In this document: positions 18,966 through 28,077 of the stretch, piece by piece | Layout of the letters: every line of letters starts with the position of its first letter | Numbering within the stretch: the stretch's first letter is position 1 | From: Candidatus Moraniibacteriota bacterium | GTDB lineage: Bacteria; Patescibacteriota; Minisyncoccia; Moranbacterales; UBA1568 | Assembly: GCA_016699425.1 (NCBI GenBank) | Contig: CP064975.1 | Location: 451,212 to 515,211 of the forward strand | Direction of reading: 5' to 3' | DNA: 64,000 nt | Notes under the pieces: model-generated | Databases searched by the model: none | What the model saw: only the letters and a program-made list of their open reading frames with translations | Told to the model about the DNA's origin: nothing | Position numbers and translations under genes: made by a program

Positions 18966-19711
18966 TTCGAATTTTGACGCTTAATAAATGAAAGCATATG
19001 ACATATTGGTTTTCCGCTTTTAGATGCTGATTTATTCATAATAGGTTTTTCTACGATTAGTTCAAAACCGGCTACGTTTGCTGATTCTCGAACTGATTCA
19101 ACTGGTCTCAGAATATCAAAAATAGTACTGGTAACACCGCCACCGAGGTTCCGTTCTATCTTTACTTCTATGGCTCCATCAGCTAATTGACGGACGATTT
19201 CAGCCATAACAATATGTTTTCCTTGACCGGTCTCAGAAGAGAGTTCATCGTCTTTATCTCCCATAACAAGAATAAGTTTTCCGTTATCCGCAAGAAGTTG
19301 ACTAATTTCTTGAAAAGCAACTTGCAGGTCTTCGATGTGTTCAATGACCATCACCGCAAAAGCCGTGTCGAACTTTTCTTTCGTTGTTTCCGAAAACTTT
19401 TTGAGCGTAGATAGATGTGAAGTTGCCCATGGATATTTTTCTGTACTTGTTTTTATATTTGCTTCTGATGGATCGATACCTTGAATATCGCTAGCCCCTT
19501 TCTCTTTGAGCCAGTTAAAAAGGTGACCTGTTCCTGATCCTATATCTAGTATTTTTTTATCTTTTATCGCATCAATTTCGACAAACGAATCCAAAGACTC
19601 TCGCAAGTATTTGCGAGAAGGTGAATCTTCCGCTCCACGCAAGTGCCACTGCGTCTCAGGAAGATCATATTGTTTCGGATCTGTTGCTTTTGGAAATTCT
19701 CCTATATTCAT
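18962..19711 (-). CDS. class I SAM-dependent methyltransferase
   Basis: Motif I ILDIGSGTGHL plus downstream acidic and aromatic motifs. Low GC. Confidence 0.75.
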   Translation of the reverse strand: MNIGEFPKATDPKQYDLPETQWHLRGAEDSPSRKYLRESLDSFVEIDAIKDKKILDIGSGTGHLFNWLKEKGASDIQGIDPSEANIKTSTEKYPWATSHLSTLKKFSETTKEKFDTAFAVMVIEHIEDLQVAFQEISQLLADNGKLILVMGDKDDELSSETGQGKHIVMAEIVRQLADGAIEVKIERNLGGGVTSTIFDILRPVESVRESANVAGFELIVEKPIMNKSASKSGKPICHMLSFIKRQNSK

Positions 19712-19728
19712 AATTTTATTTGTTGTCC

Positions 19729-19754
19729 CTATGGGACGAAGTTGGAACTTATTT
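19729..19754. repeat. gene-terminal motif, copy 3 (CTATGGGACGAAGTTGGAACTTATTT)
   Basis: Overlaps the stop of the 196-aa gene. Confidence 0.8.
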
Positions 19755-20339
19755 GATTTTCTCTACCTGACTCATAAGTACTCGATACATCAGGGATATA
19801 ATAAACAAAAAACCCTCTTTTTCCGGCATGAACTGATTAAGTCTAATTACAGTATCATCCTTATATTCTGCTGGGAAGTTTATACTCAAATACAGCATCG
19901 TCTTACTTTTTTCCTTCCACATCCGATATTTAATTTCCTTTTCACCCGCAAATCTGGATAAAAAATTATCGATAGATTTCCCAGGTTTTGACCAGTTTAT
20001 CATTTCTTTAGTAAATGCTATTTCATCCCAACTTTTATAAAATGGGAAATGTACAAGGATATTTCTTACAAAAAGTATATATTCTTTTGAAAGCTCTGCT
20101 TCTAGCGGTGGCCTGATTATTTTTAGATTATCCAGAAACCACCCCACTGGTTCGTACTCAAGAATTTCTGAATAGATAAGAATAGCATCTCGCATCCTGC
20201 TTAATCTGTAGTATGGATCTTTGCTCCAAAATGAATCTTTGCTGATTTCCTCGAAAATATCTAAGAAAGCATCATAAGACGACTGTAGAAAGAGCTCCTC
20301 TTTTTTACTAGGTCTTTGATTCATATTGATCCTATTCAT
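19749..20339 (-). CDS. hypothetical protein (island)
   Basis: 196 aa, low GC. Overlaps the upstream gene by 8 nt, implying an operon. Confidence 0.45.
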   Translation of the reverse strand: MNRINMNQRPSKKEELFLQSSYDAFLDIFEEISKDSFWSKDPYYRLSRMRDAILIYSEILEYEPVGWFLDNLKIIRPPLEAELSKEYILFVRNILVHFPFYKSWDEIAFTKEMINWSKPGKSIDNFLSRFAGEKEIKYRMWKEKSKTMLYLSINFPAEYKDDTVIRLNQFMPEKEGFLFIISLMYRVLMSQVEKIK

Positions 20340-21618
20340 ACATCTCTAAATATGGCTTCACCCAGTCTTTCCCGTACACTTCTTCAACAAGTTTTAAATG
20401 TTGCGGTGTCATTTTAGCCTCTATCGAATCAAGGTAACCAAAAATGTCTTCTTTATCGGCAAGTGAAAGAATTTTTGTGTCATACTTAGCTATTTTTCTC
20501 TGAACATCACCAAAGCTAAGGAGACCAGCCATTTCCCTGTCCACAAGCATCGCATCCACATAAGGTAATAGTGTAGAAATCATTTCCACATCACTAGCCA
20601 TACCCCTGTTTGGCGGTAACTTTCGTCCTCCATGCGCAGCCTGATGGGCAATTGCTGCCCACAAAGATGCAGCAATTTCATTAAATGGAATATCTAACAT
20701 TTCTTCTGAGGAAAGAAAGTTTACTACTGCCATAAATTTTTCGTGTCTATCTTTTCCCGGAGCAAATGTTATCAAACTATGGACCAAAACCTGTTCATCC
20801 CAGAACTCAAAAAAAGTTGATGGATCAAATGCTGATGTGCCATTTTCTATGGCTTGTCCGTAGTTTACTAAAGCCTGAGCATACCTCTGTGACATTGCTT
20901 TTCCCCATGCCAGTCCCTCTTCCTTGAACCAATCAGGGAAAGCCATACCCTTTTCTTTTTGCCACCTCTCGAAAGTTGCTTTTAGGGAATCAGCAATCCT
21001 TTCTCTTGCGTTTCTCTCGGCCTCCACATCTTTCGGATCTACTTTAGAGTCAACTGTCACATAGATTCTGCCTCCCCAGCTCCCATGGCTGTTCTCTAAA
21101 ACATCATCTTTTGTTATTTCAGTATCTTTCTCGCCCCCTAATTTTCGAAACTTCGATGCAACTTGAAACCTTCTAATTGTAGGTGCATCTAAAAATGTTG
21201 TCCCACCAGAAAAGTGATCATACATTTTTTTCAAGGGTGCATATTTGCCTAATTTTGATTCAGTTCTGTGAAAAGTAGAATCAGGAATTTCAATTAATTG
21301 TAGTCTATGCAGTCTCTCAAGTTTTTCAAATAGCTTTAACCAAAACTTATCTACCTTTTCTGTTTTCCCAAGCTTCGCATTAAGCGCCAGCATCATATTG
21401 CTTATTGCAAATTGATCGAGATAGATGATGTGTTTTTCAAGTACAGGTAAATCAAACCTTTGGGAATACCAACACTTAGTGCATCGACGGGTATAGTTAT
21501 CATTGCCACCCGTCATAATTAAAACCCCAAAGTTTTTCGTTGAACACTTCGGACAAGTAATATAGGGCTCAGATATGAAAATTCGTGGATCAATGCTTAT
21601 AGCCGCTTCTTCTGCCAT
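20332..21618 (-). CDS. hypothetical protein with N-terminal zinc-ribbon (island)
   Basis: 428 aa. CPKCS...CTKCWY is a Cys4 ribbon. No other motif recognised. Low GC. Confidence 0.5.
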   Translation of the reverse strand: MAEEAAISIDPRIFISEPYITCPKCSTKNFGVLIMTGGNDNYTRRCTKCWYSQRFDLPVLEKHIIYLDQFAISNMMLALNAKLGKTEKVDKFWLKLFEKLERLHRLQLIEIPDSTFHRTESKLGKYAPLKKMYDHFSGGTTFLDAPTIRRFQVASKFRKLGGEKDTEITKDDVLENSHGSWGGRIYVTVDSKVDPKDVEAERNARERIADSLKATFERWQKEKGMAFPDWFKEEGLAWGKAMSQRYAQALVNYGQAIENGTSAFDPSTFFEFWDEQVLVHSLITFAPGKDRHEKFMAVVNFLSSEEMLDIPFNEIAASLWAAIAHQAAHGGRKLPPNRGMASDVEMISTLLPYVDAMLVDREMAGLLSFGDVQRKIAKYDTKILSLADKEDIFGYLDSIEAKMTPQHLKLVEEVYGKDWVKPYLEMYE

Positions 21619-22261
21619 AGCTCTAAATTTAAACTGTTGAAACTTATGTTAGACCTAAAAATGATAATAAACAAATGTCTCGCTTGTTGACATGGGACTT
21701 AAAGTGATGTAGGTTCTACTTGGAAACTTAAAAACCGAAATCCCGCAAATTATATTATTTTTTGCTGGCCACAAAGGGCGGATCAACTATACTAATAAGT
21801 CCCAAAGGAACAACCTATTCTAGGACCCGGGCAGCCCGATCCATTTCAACTCTACTTAAAGGCTCATATTACATATTCCATAGGGAACCTCATGCTGATT
21901 GAGCGCTCTGTGTGATTTTTTAAATCTATTTGATACTTAAGAAACCATCTTCAATTAGGGGTTGGTTTTTTCGTTTCCCAGAATTTTATTCTCTGGGGAA
22001 TGAAGCAAAGATTTATCAAAGAATTACGAGATCGGATAAAAGCGTATTCACAAACACGCTGTGCTTTGGCTATTTCCGATGATGAAGTAGAGCCAAAAAA
22101 GGATTTGTCAGTGCTATTGGTGAACGGAAAACAATTGTTCTGAAAAGGTTACTTTGGAACCTTGAAATCAAAGAGAAAGTTGTGGATACCGTCAGCTACA
22201 AAAAGCCTTACGGCATAACAAAAAAGCACCCAAAACGGGTGATTTTTCGGAAATGCTGAAC

Positions 22262-22287
22262 CTATTGGACGAAGTTGGAACTTATTT
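22262..22287. repeat. gene-terminal motif, copy 4 (CTATTGGACGAAGTTGGAACTTATTT)
   Basis: Sits 7 nt before the stop of the SET-domain gene. Confidence 0.8.
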
Positions 22288-22293
22288 ACTCGG

Positions 22294-23220
22294 CTAATCA
22301 AGCAAACTTTTAAGTTTATCGATAAAACCATTCTTTTTCATTTCTTCGAATAAAATCCAGTCAGCCGTATAGAGGAGATACTTTAATTTGTACTCTTTCG
22401 GGAGTTTCCGCCAGGGGAGAATATCGCCAAAACAATTTTTAGATCCACACAAACATTTGCCACCAGGTACCTGCCAATCGGAATTACAGAAGAGGCTATA
22501 GGAGAGAGTGAGTTGTTCGCCGGGCTCGATGTCTCTCATCGTGCAGACGGAAAACAAATCTTTTACGTAGCAGTTCGGTTCGCACGAATGATTTATTTTT
22601 ACTGCAATAGTATTGAACGCATTTCTATAAAAATACTTACTAAATGGGACGGCGTGATCCTTGGCAGTTTTGTGTGTCTTGGCGATGTCAGATTCTTTCT
22701 CCGCAAAAATGACCTCCCCGTCAATATAGGCGATACTGGTTTCCTTGGGAATAAATTCTTTTGCAAAAACACCCGAACCAAGTAAATCATCTACCTTTTT
22801 TATTTCCACCGCCTTACTATCCTGAAATGGGGATGATTGTGGTAGCTCATGCCAAGTAAATTCACTACATTCAAACTTTTTTGAAACGAAATCAATTATT
22901 TTGTTGGTATCAAAATCAGAACAAGTATAGATGTCTACCGTAAAGAAATTTGTATCATTCCAGACATAGGTACTTACTTCATTTTCGTTCCAAACGATGA
23001 ATCCATCATAGGAAGAATTCTCTTCTACTTTCTTGTTGAAAGCATAATCAAAAACAAAAGGACCTCGTAGTCCTTTGATGATATTATCAGGGTCTTTAAT
23101 CTGCTCGGTGAAATCTAAAAGAAAATTATAAAGAAAATCTAAGCTCGTAATTTTGGCTCCATACTTTCCTTCGATGATGAGCCTCTTTCTAAAAATTTCT
23201 GGAGCTATATTGTGATACAT
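22294..23220 (-). CDS. SET-domain protein (putative lysine methyltransferase)
   Basis: Start at the internal Met (MYHNIAPE). The listed ORF start at 23364 reads through the tRNA and is rejected. SET motifs INHSCEPNCYV and GEQLTLSY. Post-SET Cys cluster CLCGSKNC. Confidence 0.65.
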   Translation of the reverse strand: MYHNIAPEIFRKRLIIEGKYGAKITSLDFLYNFLLDFTEQIKDPDNIIKGLRGPFVFDYAFNKKVEENSSYDGFIVWNENEVSTYVWNDTNFFTVDIYTCSDFDTNKIIDFVSKKFECSEFTWHELPQSSPFQDSKAVEIKKVDDLLGSGVFAKEFIPKETSIAYIDGEVIFAEKESDIAKTHKTAKDHAVPFSKYFYRNAFNTIAVKINHSCEPNCYVKDLFSVCTMRDIEPGEQLTLSYSLFCNSDWQVPGGKCLCGSKNCFGDILPWRKLPKEYKLKYLLYTADWILFEEMKKNGFIDKLKSLLD

Positions 23221-23237
23221 AGAGGTAAAATGATTTG

Positions 23238-23309
23238 CTGGGGAGGAAGGGATCGAACCTTCGCATGGTGGGACCAGAACCCACTGCCTTACCGCTTGGC
23301 TACTCCCCA
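23238..23309 (-). tRNA. tRNA-Gln (anticodon CTG)
   Basis: The reverse complement folds as a cloverleaf. Acceptor stem TGGGGAG/CTCCCCA. D arm GCCAAGCGGTAAGGC, close to E. coli tRNA-Gln. Anticodon loop TT-CTG-GT. T arm GAAGGTTCGATCCCTTC. Confidence 0.8.
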
Positions 23310-23320
23310 ATGTTAGGTGC

Positions 23321-23563
23321 TTAGTTGTTCTCTTGAAACTGTCTCTGTATCGCTCGTCGTCCACTTCGCGACTTCAAGAATAGTTCTCTTTTTCTGGCTT
23401 CAATGAGATTATCATACTCTTCGCTATACGCAAGGATGAAGGGACGGCGATTTTTTGTAGAAATGTTTTTGCCAGCATTATGCTCGTCTAATCGGCGCTT
23501 TAGGTCGGTTGTGGATCCAACGTATGTACGATGATCTTTCTGACTGAGCAATATTATAGACAT
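23321..23563 (-). CDS. GIY-YIG nuclease superfamily protein (small, UPF0213-like)
   Basis: 80 aa. GIY-YIG core ...RTYVGSTTDLKRRLDEHN... Confidence 0.75.
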   Translation of the reverse strand: MSIILLSQKDHRTYVGSTTDLKRRLDEHNAGKNISTKNRRPFILAYSEEYDNLIEARKRELFLKSRSGRRAIQRQFQENN

Positions 23564-23617
23564 GTCCTTTCATAGGGCCCCTGCCTTATCCGTCTTCATT
23601 GCATTCAGCCGAGATAA

Positions 23618-23668
23618 ACCGCTTGGCTTGCCTCGGCTCACCCTAGGGTGAGACGGGCTACTCCCCAA
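23618..23668 (-). pseudogene. partial duplicate of the tRNA-Gln 5' region, interrupted by a 29-nt palindromic insert
   Basis: ACCGCTTGGCT, then a 29-nt insert (TGCCTCGGCTCACCCTAGGGTGAGACGGG), then CTACTCCCCAA. The two flanks match tRNA positions 23291-23310. Confidence 0.45.
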
Positions 23669-23833
23669 TAGCTTCGAATCAAGAATAAGGAATCAAAAAT
23701 CATGAGCTCGGCATCATGATTCTACAGCCATGAGACCCCCTTTCCTCATTCGAACTTCTGTTCAAAAAGACTCCCCTATCCTAGCGGAAAATGATATCCG
23801 AATCAAGTCGGCAGACCGCAAAAACGATAGGCT

Positions 23834-24748
23834 CTACGTCTTCAGGTAACGGTGAATCGCGATGAAGCTCGAAATGACCCCGAGGAAAACACCGAGGCAG
23901 ATGGTTGCGACCGAGAGGGTTGGGAGATAAGCGAGGAAGACCTGGAAAATATTGCCTTGAGGAAAGGCACCCTGGGTGAAACCGGCCAAGCCATACGAGG
24001 CCGAAGCCACGAGGGCTACCGACACGACTCCCGCGAACAGTCCATAGAGGATACCCTCAAAGATGTACGGCATCCGCACATACAGGTTGGAGGCACCGAC
24101 GAGACGCATGATTTCGAACTCTTGGCGGTGAGAGTAAATCGTGATCCGGATCGTATTGAAGGTGATGAGAACCGCGATCAGTCCGAAGGCGCTCCCAAGC
24201 GCGATCCCAAACTTGCGAGCAGCTTGTCCGATAGCGTTCAAGCGCTCGAAAATCCTCCGGTTCTTTTCGAAATTAATCCGGTTAATATCCGCCTGATACG
24301 GAGAGGTTTCGAGAAAGGTCGCGATTTTCTCATAATCAGCTTGGTTTTTGGCTCGGATGACGAGTGATGCGAGCAGCGGGTTCTCCCCGATTTCGTCGAT
24401 CGCTTGGCGGATAACGGGGTCAGCGCCATTGTTGGCGAGGAAGTCTTCGAGCGCCCGTTCGCGAGAGACATACTCAATCGAGGCAATCTCACGCGCCCGT
24501 TCCAGATACTGCTTCATTTCGACCATGCGTTCTTCGGTGACATCCGGATTGAACGAGACAGTGATACTGATCCGATTCTCAAGATTGTTCACGATGAGCC
24601 GCGTACCGATCGTGATCAGACCAGCAAAACTAATGATGAAGAGTGAAAGCGAGAGAATCGTAATCGTCGCAAAAGACAGCCAACCATTGCGCCGGAAATT
24701 CGTCAGTCCCTCTCGAAAGGTGCGCCAGAGTTTCAGTGTCCGTTGCAT
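23834..24748 (-). CDS. ftsX: cell division permease FtsX
   Basis: Four-TM FtsX-like topology with a periplasmic loop. Immediately downstream of ftsE. Confidence 0.8.
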   Translation of the reverse strand: MQRTLKLWRTFREGLTNFRRNGWLSFATITILSLSLFIISFAGLITIGTRLIVNNLENRISITVSFNPDVTEERMVEMKQYLERAREIASIEYVSRERALEDFLANNGADPVIRQAIDEIGENPLLASLVIRAKNQADYEKIATFLETSPYQADINRINFEKNRRIFERLNAIGQAARKFGIALGSAFGLIAVLITFNTIRITIYSHRQEFEIMRLVGASNLYVRMPYIFEGILYGLFAGVVSVALVASASYGLAGFTQGAFPQGNIFQVFLAYLPTLSVATICLGVFLGVISSFIAIHRYLKT

Positions 24749-24750
24749 AA

Positions 24751-25488
24751 TTAGAGTTTGATATTGTATTTCCCGCGCGCTTCATCGTGCCGGAGTCGCC
24801 CCTCGACGAGCGAGATGACGCGCTTGTTGAGTTGGTCGACGACTTCGTTCTTGTGAGTCGCGATGATGACGGTGGTACCGTACGAGTTGATCTCGAGCAA
24901 GAGATCAGTCACCTCACGGGTCGACACGGGATCCAGATTGCCGGTTGGTTCATCGGCACAGATAATCTGTGGGTGATGAATAAGGGCCCGAGCGATCGCG
25001 ACACGCTGCTGCTCCCCACCCGAAAGCTCACGTGGAAATTTGTGGCCCTTGTTCCCAAGGCCGACGATTTCGAGTAGCTCACTTACCTCCTCACGGATTT
25101 CTTTGGCGCTTCGGCCATCGACTTCGAGCGCATAGGCGATGTTCTCAAAGGCTGTTTTTTGCGGCAAAAGTTTGTAGTCCTGGAAAACGGTGCCGATATT
25201 GCGTCGGAAATACGGCAGATGCTTACGATTGATGTCTTTGATCGGTCGCCCTTTGAAGTACACGGTGCCATCGGTCGGTTCCGCTTCAGCATAGATGAGC
25301 TTCAGGAGGGTAGATTTCCCAGCGCCGCTCGAACCCACGAGTGAGATGAACTCGCCCGGAAACACCGTGAATGACACTCCGTACAGCGCATTGACGCCAC
25401 CAGGGTAATCCTTGGTCACATTCTCAAAAACAACTATCGGCTGTCCTTCAGTCTTGGGCATGGAGTTATTTTTTCTGTCTTTGCTCAT
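24751..25488 (-). CDS. ftsE: cell division ATP-binding protein FtsE
   Basis: Walker [18 protein letters not shown] signature and Walker B. An alternative start at 25461 (MPKTEGQ) is possible. Confidence 0.8.
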   Translation of the reverse strand: MSKDRKNNSMPKTEGQPIVVFENVTKDYPGGVNALYGVSFTVFPGEFISLVGSSGAGKSTLLKLIYAEAEPTDGTVYFKGRPIKDINRKHLPYFRRNIGTVFQDYKLLPQKTAFENIAYALEVDGRSAKEIREEVSELLEIVGLGNKGHKFPRELSGGEQQRVAIARALIHHPQIICADEPTGNLDPVSTREVTDLLLEINSYGTTVIIATHKNEVVDQLNKRVISLVEGRLRHDEARGKYNIKL

Positions 25489-26567
25489 ATTGTAGCTCAC
25501 TTTCGATGAAACTGTCCAAGTCACCATCGAGTACGGCCTGGGTATTGCTCGTCTCAGTGTCGGTCCGATGATCCTTCACCAGCGTATACGGATGGAGGAC
25601 ATAAGATCGGATTTGGTTACCAAAGCCGGCAGACTTGAATTCACCCCGAATCGCTGCCTTACGCTCCTCCTCATCATTTAGACGTTTCTGGAGTAGTTTC
25701 GATTTGAGGAGCTTCATTGCCTGATCGCGATTCTGCAGTTGAGAGCGCTCGCTCTGGCACGCGACGACGATGCCACTCGGCAGATGGGTCAGTCGAACGG
25801 CGGATTCGGTCTTGTTCACGTGCTGCCCACCGGCTCCGGATGCACGCAATGTGTCGACGCGCAGTTCTTCGGGTTTGATCTCGATAGAGCGGTCGGTATC
25901 GGGTAGGACAGGCATGACTTCGACCGAGGCGAACGACGTCTGGCGGAGATTATTGGCATTGAAGGGTGAGAGGCGAACGAGCCGGTGCACCCCCATCTCA
26001 CCGCGCAGATACCCGTAGGCATAGCGTCCCCGGATCTCGACGGTGACGCTTTTCAGACCGGTTTCATTGCCACGGTTTTCATCGAGCACCGTCGAACGGA
26101 AACTGTGGCGCTCAGCATAGCGCAAATACATGCGGAGCAGCATCTCCGTCCAGTCCTGAGCTTCGGTCCCGCCAGCTCCGCTTCGGAGCGTCAGGATTGC
26201 GTCAGCGTGATCATAAACGCCACCGAGCAAGAGTTGGAACTCCCATTCACGGAGCTGTTCCCCGATCGCCTGGACGTCTTGTTCCAATGACTGAATGTCT
26301 TTCTCCTCAAGATCAGCCATGCCCGATAACTCAGCAGCATCTTGAAGTGAGCGAGAGAGAACTTCGAAACGGGCAATTTCCTGCTTCAAACCATCTAGTG
26401 TCTGCATCGTCGCGGCGGCCGCTTCGGGTGTATCCCAAAACCCCGGCTGTTCACTGACCGTTTGGAGTCGGGCGATTTCAGTCCGCTTTCCGTCCCAGTC
26501 AAAGATAGTCCCGCAGGCGGGCGTACTGGGTTTCAAGCAAGGCAATTTGTCGTTTCAGTTCATCCAT
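25466..26567 (-). CDS. prfB: peptide chain release factor 2, with programmed +1 ribosomal frameshift
   Basis: Frame-0 ORF MDELKRQIALLETQYARLRDYL ends at an in-frame TGA (26499-26501) inside CTT TGA C. The +1 frame continues DWDGKR... into the RF2 body (SGAGGQHVN). Confidence 0.85.
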
Positions 26568-26778
26568 AAAGTACACGCTTACATCAATTTCACTTTTATT
26601 TTACCATGTCAGCTTGATTCTTCTCAGATATTTGCTAGGATAAGAGGCGTTATTGCCAGCTTAGCGTTAGGCAGGTACCTGCCCGACACGTTTGACGAGC
26701 AAACGAGTCATGCGGACGGGGAGCGGCGCACTCGCTTGCCCCGTCACACTGATGTTGACAATAATGTTTAGAATTCTC

Positions 26779-26853
26779 TTGCCGATGTAGCTCAGTTGGT
26801 AGAGCGACGCACTCGTAACGCGTAGGTCACCAGTTCAATCCTGGTCATCGGCT
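26779..26853 (+). tRNA. tRNA-Thr (anticodon CGT)
   Basis: GCCGATGTAGCTCAGTTGGTAGAGC...CT-CGT-AA...GGTCACCAGTTCAATCCTGGTCATCGGC. Close to bacterial tRNA-Thr(CGU). Confidence 0.8.
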
Positions 26854-27000
26854 CCGATAAAAGTGTAACAGGGTAATCGCAGGTCTCCAGCTCCCTTCCT
26901 GCCTTGGGAGGGAATCCTCAGACGGTGGCTCAGTTGGTGGATTTAGCCGTCCGAAGCTTCTCTGAAGGTGTACAGATTCTCGAGAGCATGCGTCTGTTCA

Positions 27001-28053
27001 TCATTCGGCGAGAGTCGATTCAATGAGGGCTTTCAGTTCGGCATAGGGTGCCGCTCCAGAGATATATTCCCGATTGACGAAGGTGGCGGGGGCAGATTCG
27101 AGATGGAAATCAGCGGCGAGCTTGGAATCGGCGGTAACTTTCGCAACTGAAGTTTTCTCATCAAGGCAGCGGGTGAAAGCTTGGCCATCCATACCACGCA
27201 CTCGCCACGCATACTCCTTGAAACGTCGTTCGCCGCCAATCTTCCCCCATTCGTTCTGGCGCGCAAAGAGGACGTCGGCGTAGGGCATGAATTGATTTTG
27301 GGCCGCGGCGCATTGGGCTGCCTCGGCTGCTTTGGTCGCCTGCGGATGAATAGCGAGCGGCAGATGCTTCCAGACAAGTCTGAGCCGGTCTCCGTATTCG
27401 GCGAGGAGTTTCTTGTAGGTCGCGTGATATTCCCGGCAGTACTGACATTGAAAATCAGAAAAAACAAGGAGCGTCACCGGAGCGTCCGAGTCCCCGATGA
27501 CGATATCCCCGGCCCCCGTTTCCGGTGCCGTCAGGTAGCGCCCGATAGGCATGCCGATCATGTTCATATCAAAGACGTGTGTCCCGTTGACTTCGTGGAA
27601 GAGCGGTTCGGCTTGAGTATAAAACTCCGTTTCCTTGACCGTATCATCAAATATGAATGCCGGCACGGTCACGAGATGGAGTGACTCCACGAGTTGCTTC
27701 CCTCTCTCAGTCGAGATATCGACACGCTCAGCCTCGACAGTCGGTACGATGCGTCGGAGCCAGAGTAGGGCTTCACTCGGATCACACGTGGCACACTGCT
27801 CATCATTGACGATCCGCAGTGACACCTTGGGTTCGGTATAGCCGACCCAGGTCTTGCCACCCGTGACGAGGATATCGTGCGATCGGATGGCTGGTCCCGA
27901 AAAGCCCGCACCCGTGATGAGCTGGCCGAGATCGACGAAGAGGCTTCCGACGAAGAGACCCGCGAGCAGAACAAGTCCTGCCAACAGATTTTTTGGGTCC
28001 CCTGTCCAACGTCTCCAGCCCTGTTTCACACCTCCCCAATTCATGAAGTTCAT
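27001..28053 (-). CDS. DsbA-family thiol:disulfide oxidoreductase with N-terminal membrane anchor
   Basis: Thioredoxin fold with CQYC active site (LLVFSDFQCQYCREYH). TM helix near the N-terminus. Confidence 0.65.
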   Translation of the reverse strand: MNFMNWGGVKQGWRRWTGDPKNLLAGLVLLAGLFVGSLFVDLGQLITGAGFSGPAIRSHDILVTGGKTWVGYTEPKVSLRIVNDEQCATCDPSEALLWLRRIVPTVEAERVDISTERGKQLVESLHLVTVPAFIFDDTVKETEFYTQAEPLFHEVNGTHVFDMNMIGMPIGRYLTAPETGAGDIVIGDSDAPVTLLVFSDFQCQYCREYHATYKKLLAEYGDRLRLVWKHLPLAIHPQATKAAEAAQCAAAQNQFMPYADVLFARQNEWGKIGGERRFKEYAWRVRGMDGQAFTRCLDEKTSVAKVTADSKLAADFHLESAPATFVNREYISGAAPYAELKALIESTLAE

Positions 28054-28077
28054 AAAGAGAATGTAGCTTACGGTGAT

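Noticed and set aside
22294-23364. N-terminal extension of the SET-domain ORF across the tRNA-Gln gene
   Set aside because: The extension reads through a well-formed tRNA. An internal Met (MYHNIAPE) just downstream of the tRNA gives a sensible start.
27181-27684. 167-aa plus-strand ORF
   Set aside because: Antisense to the DsbA-like gene.
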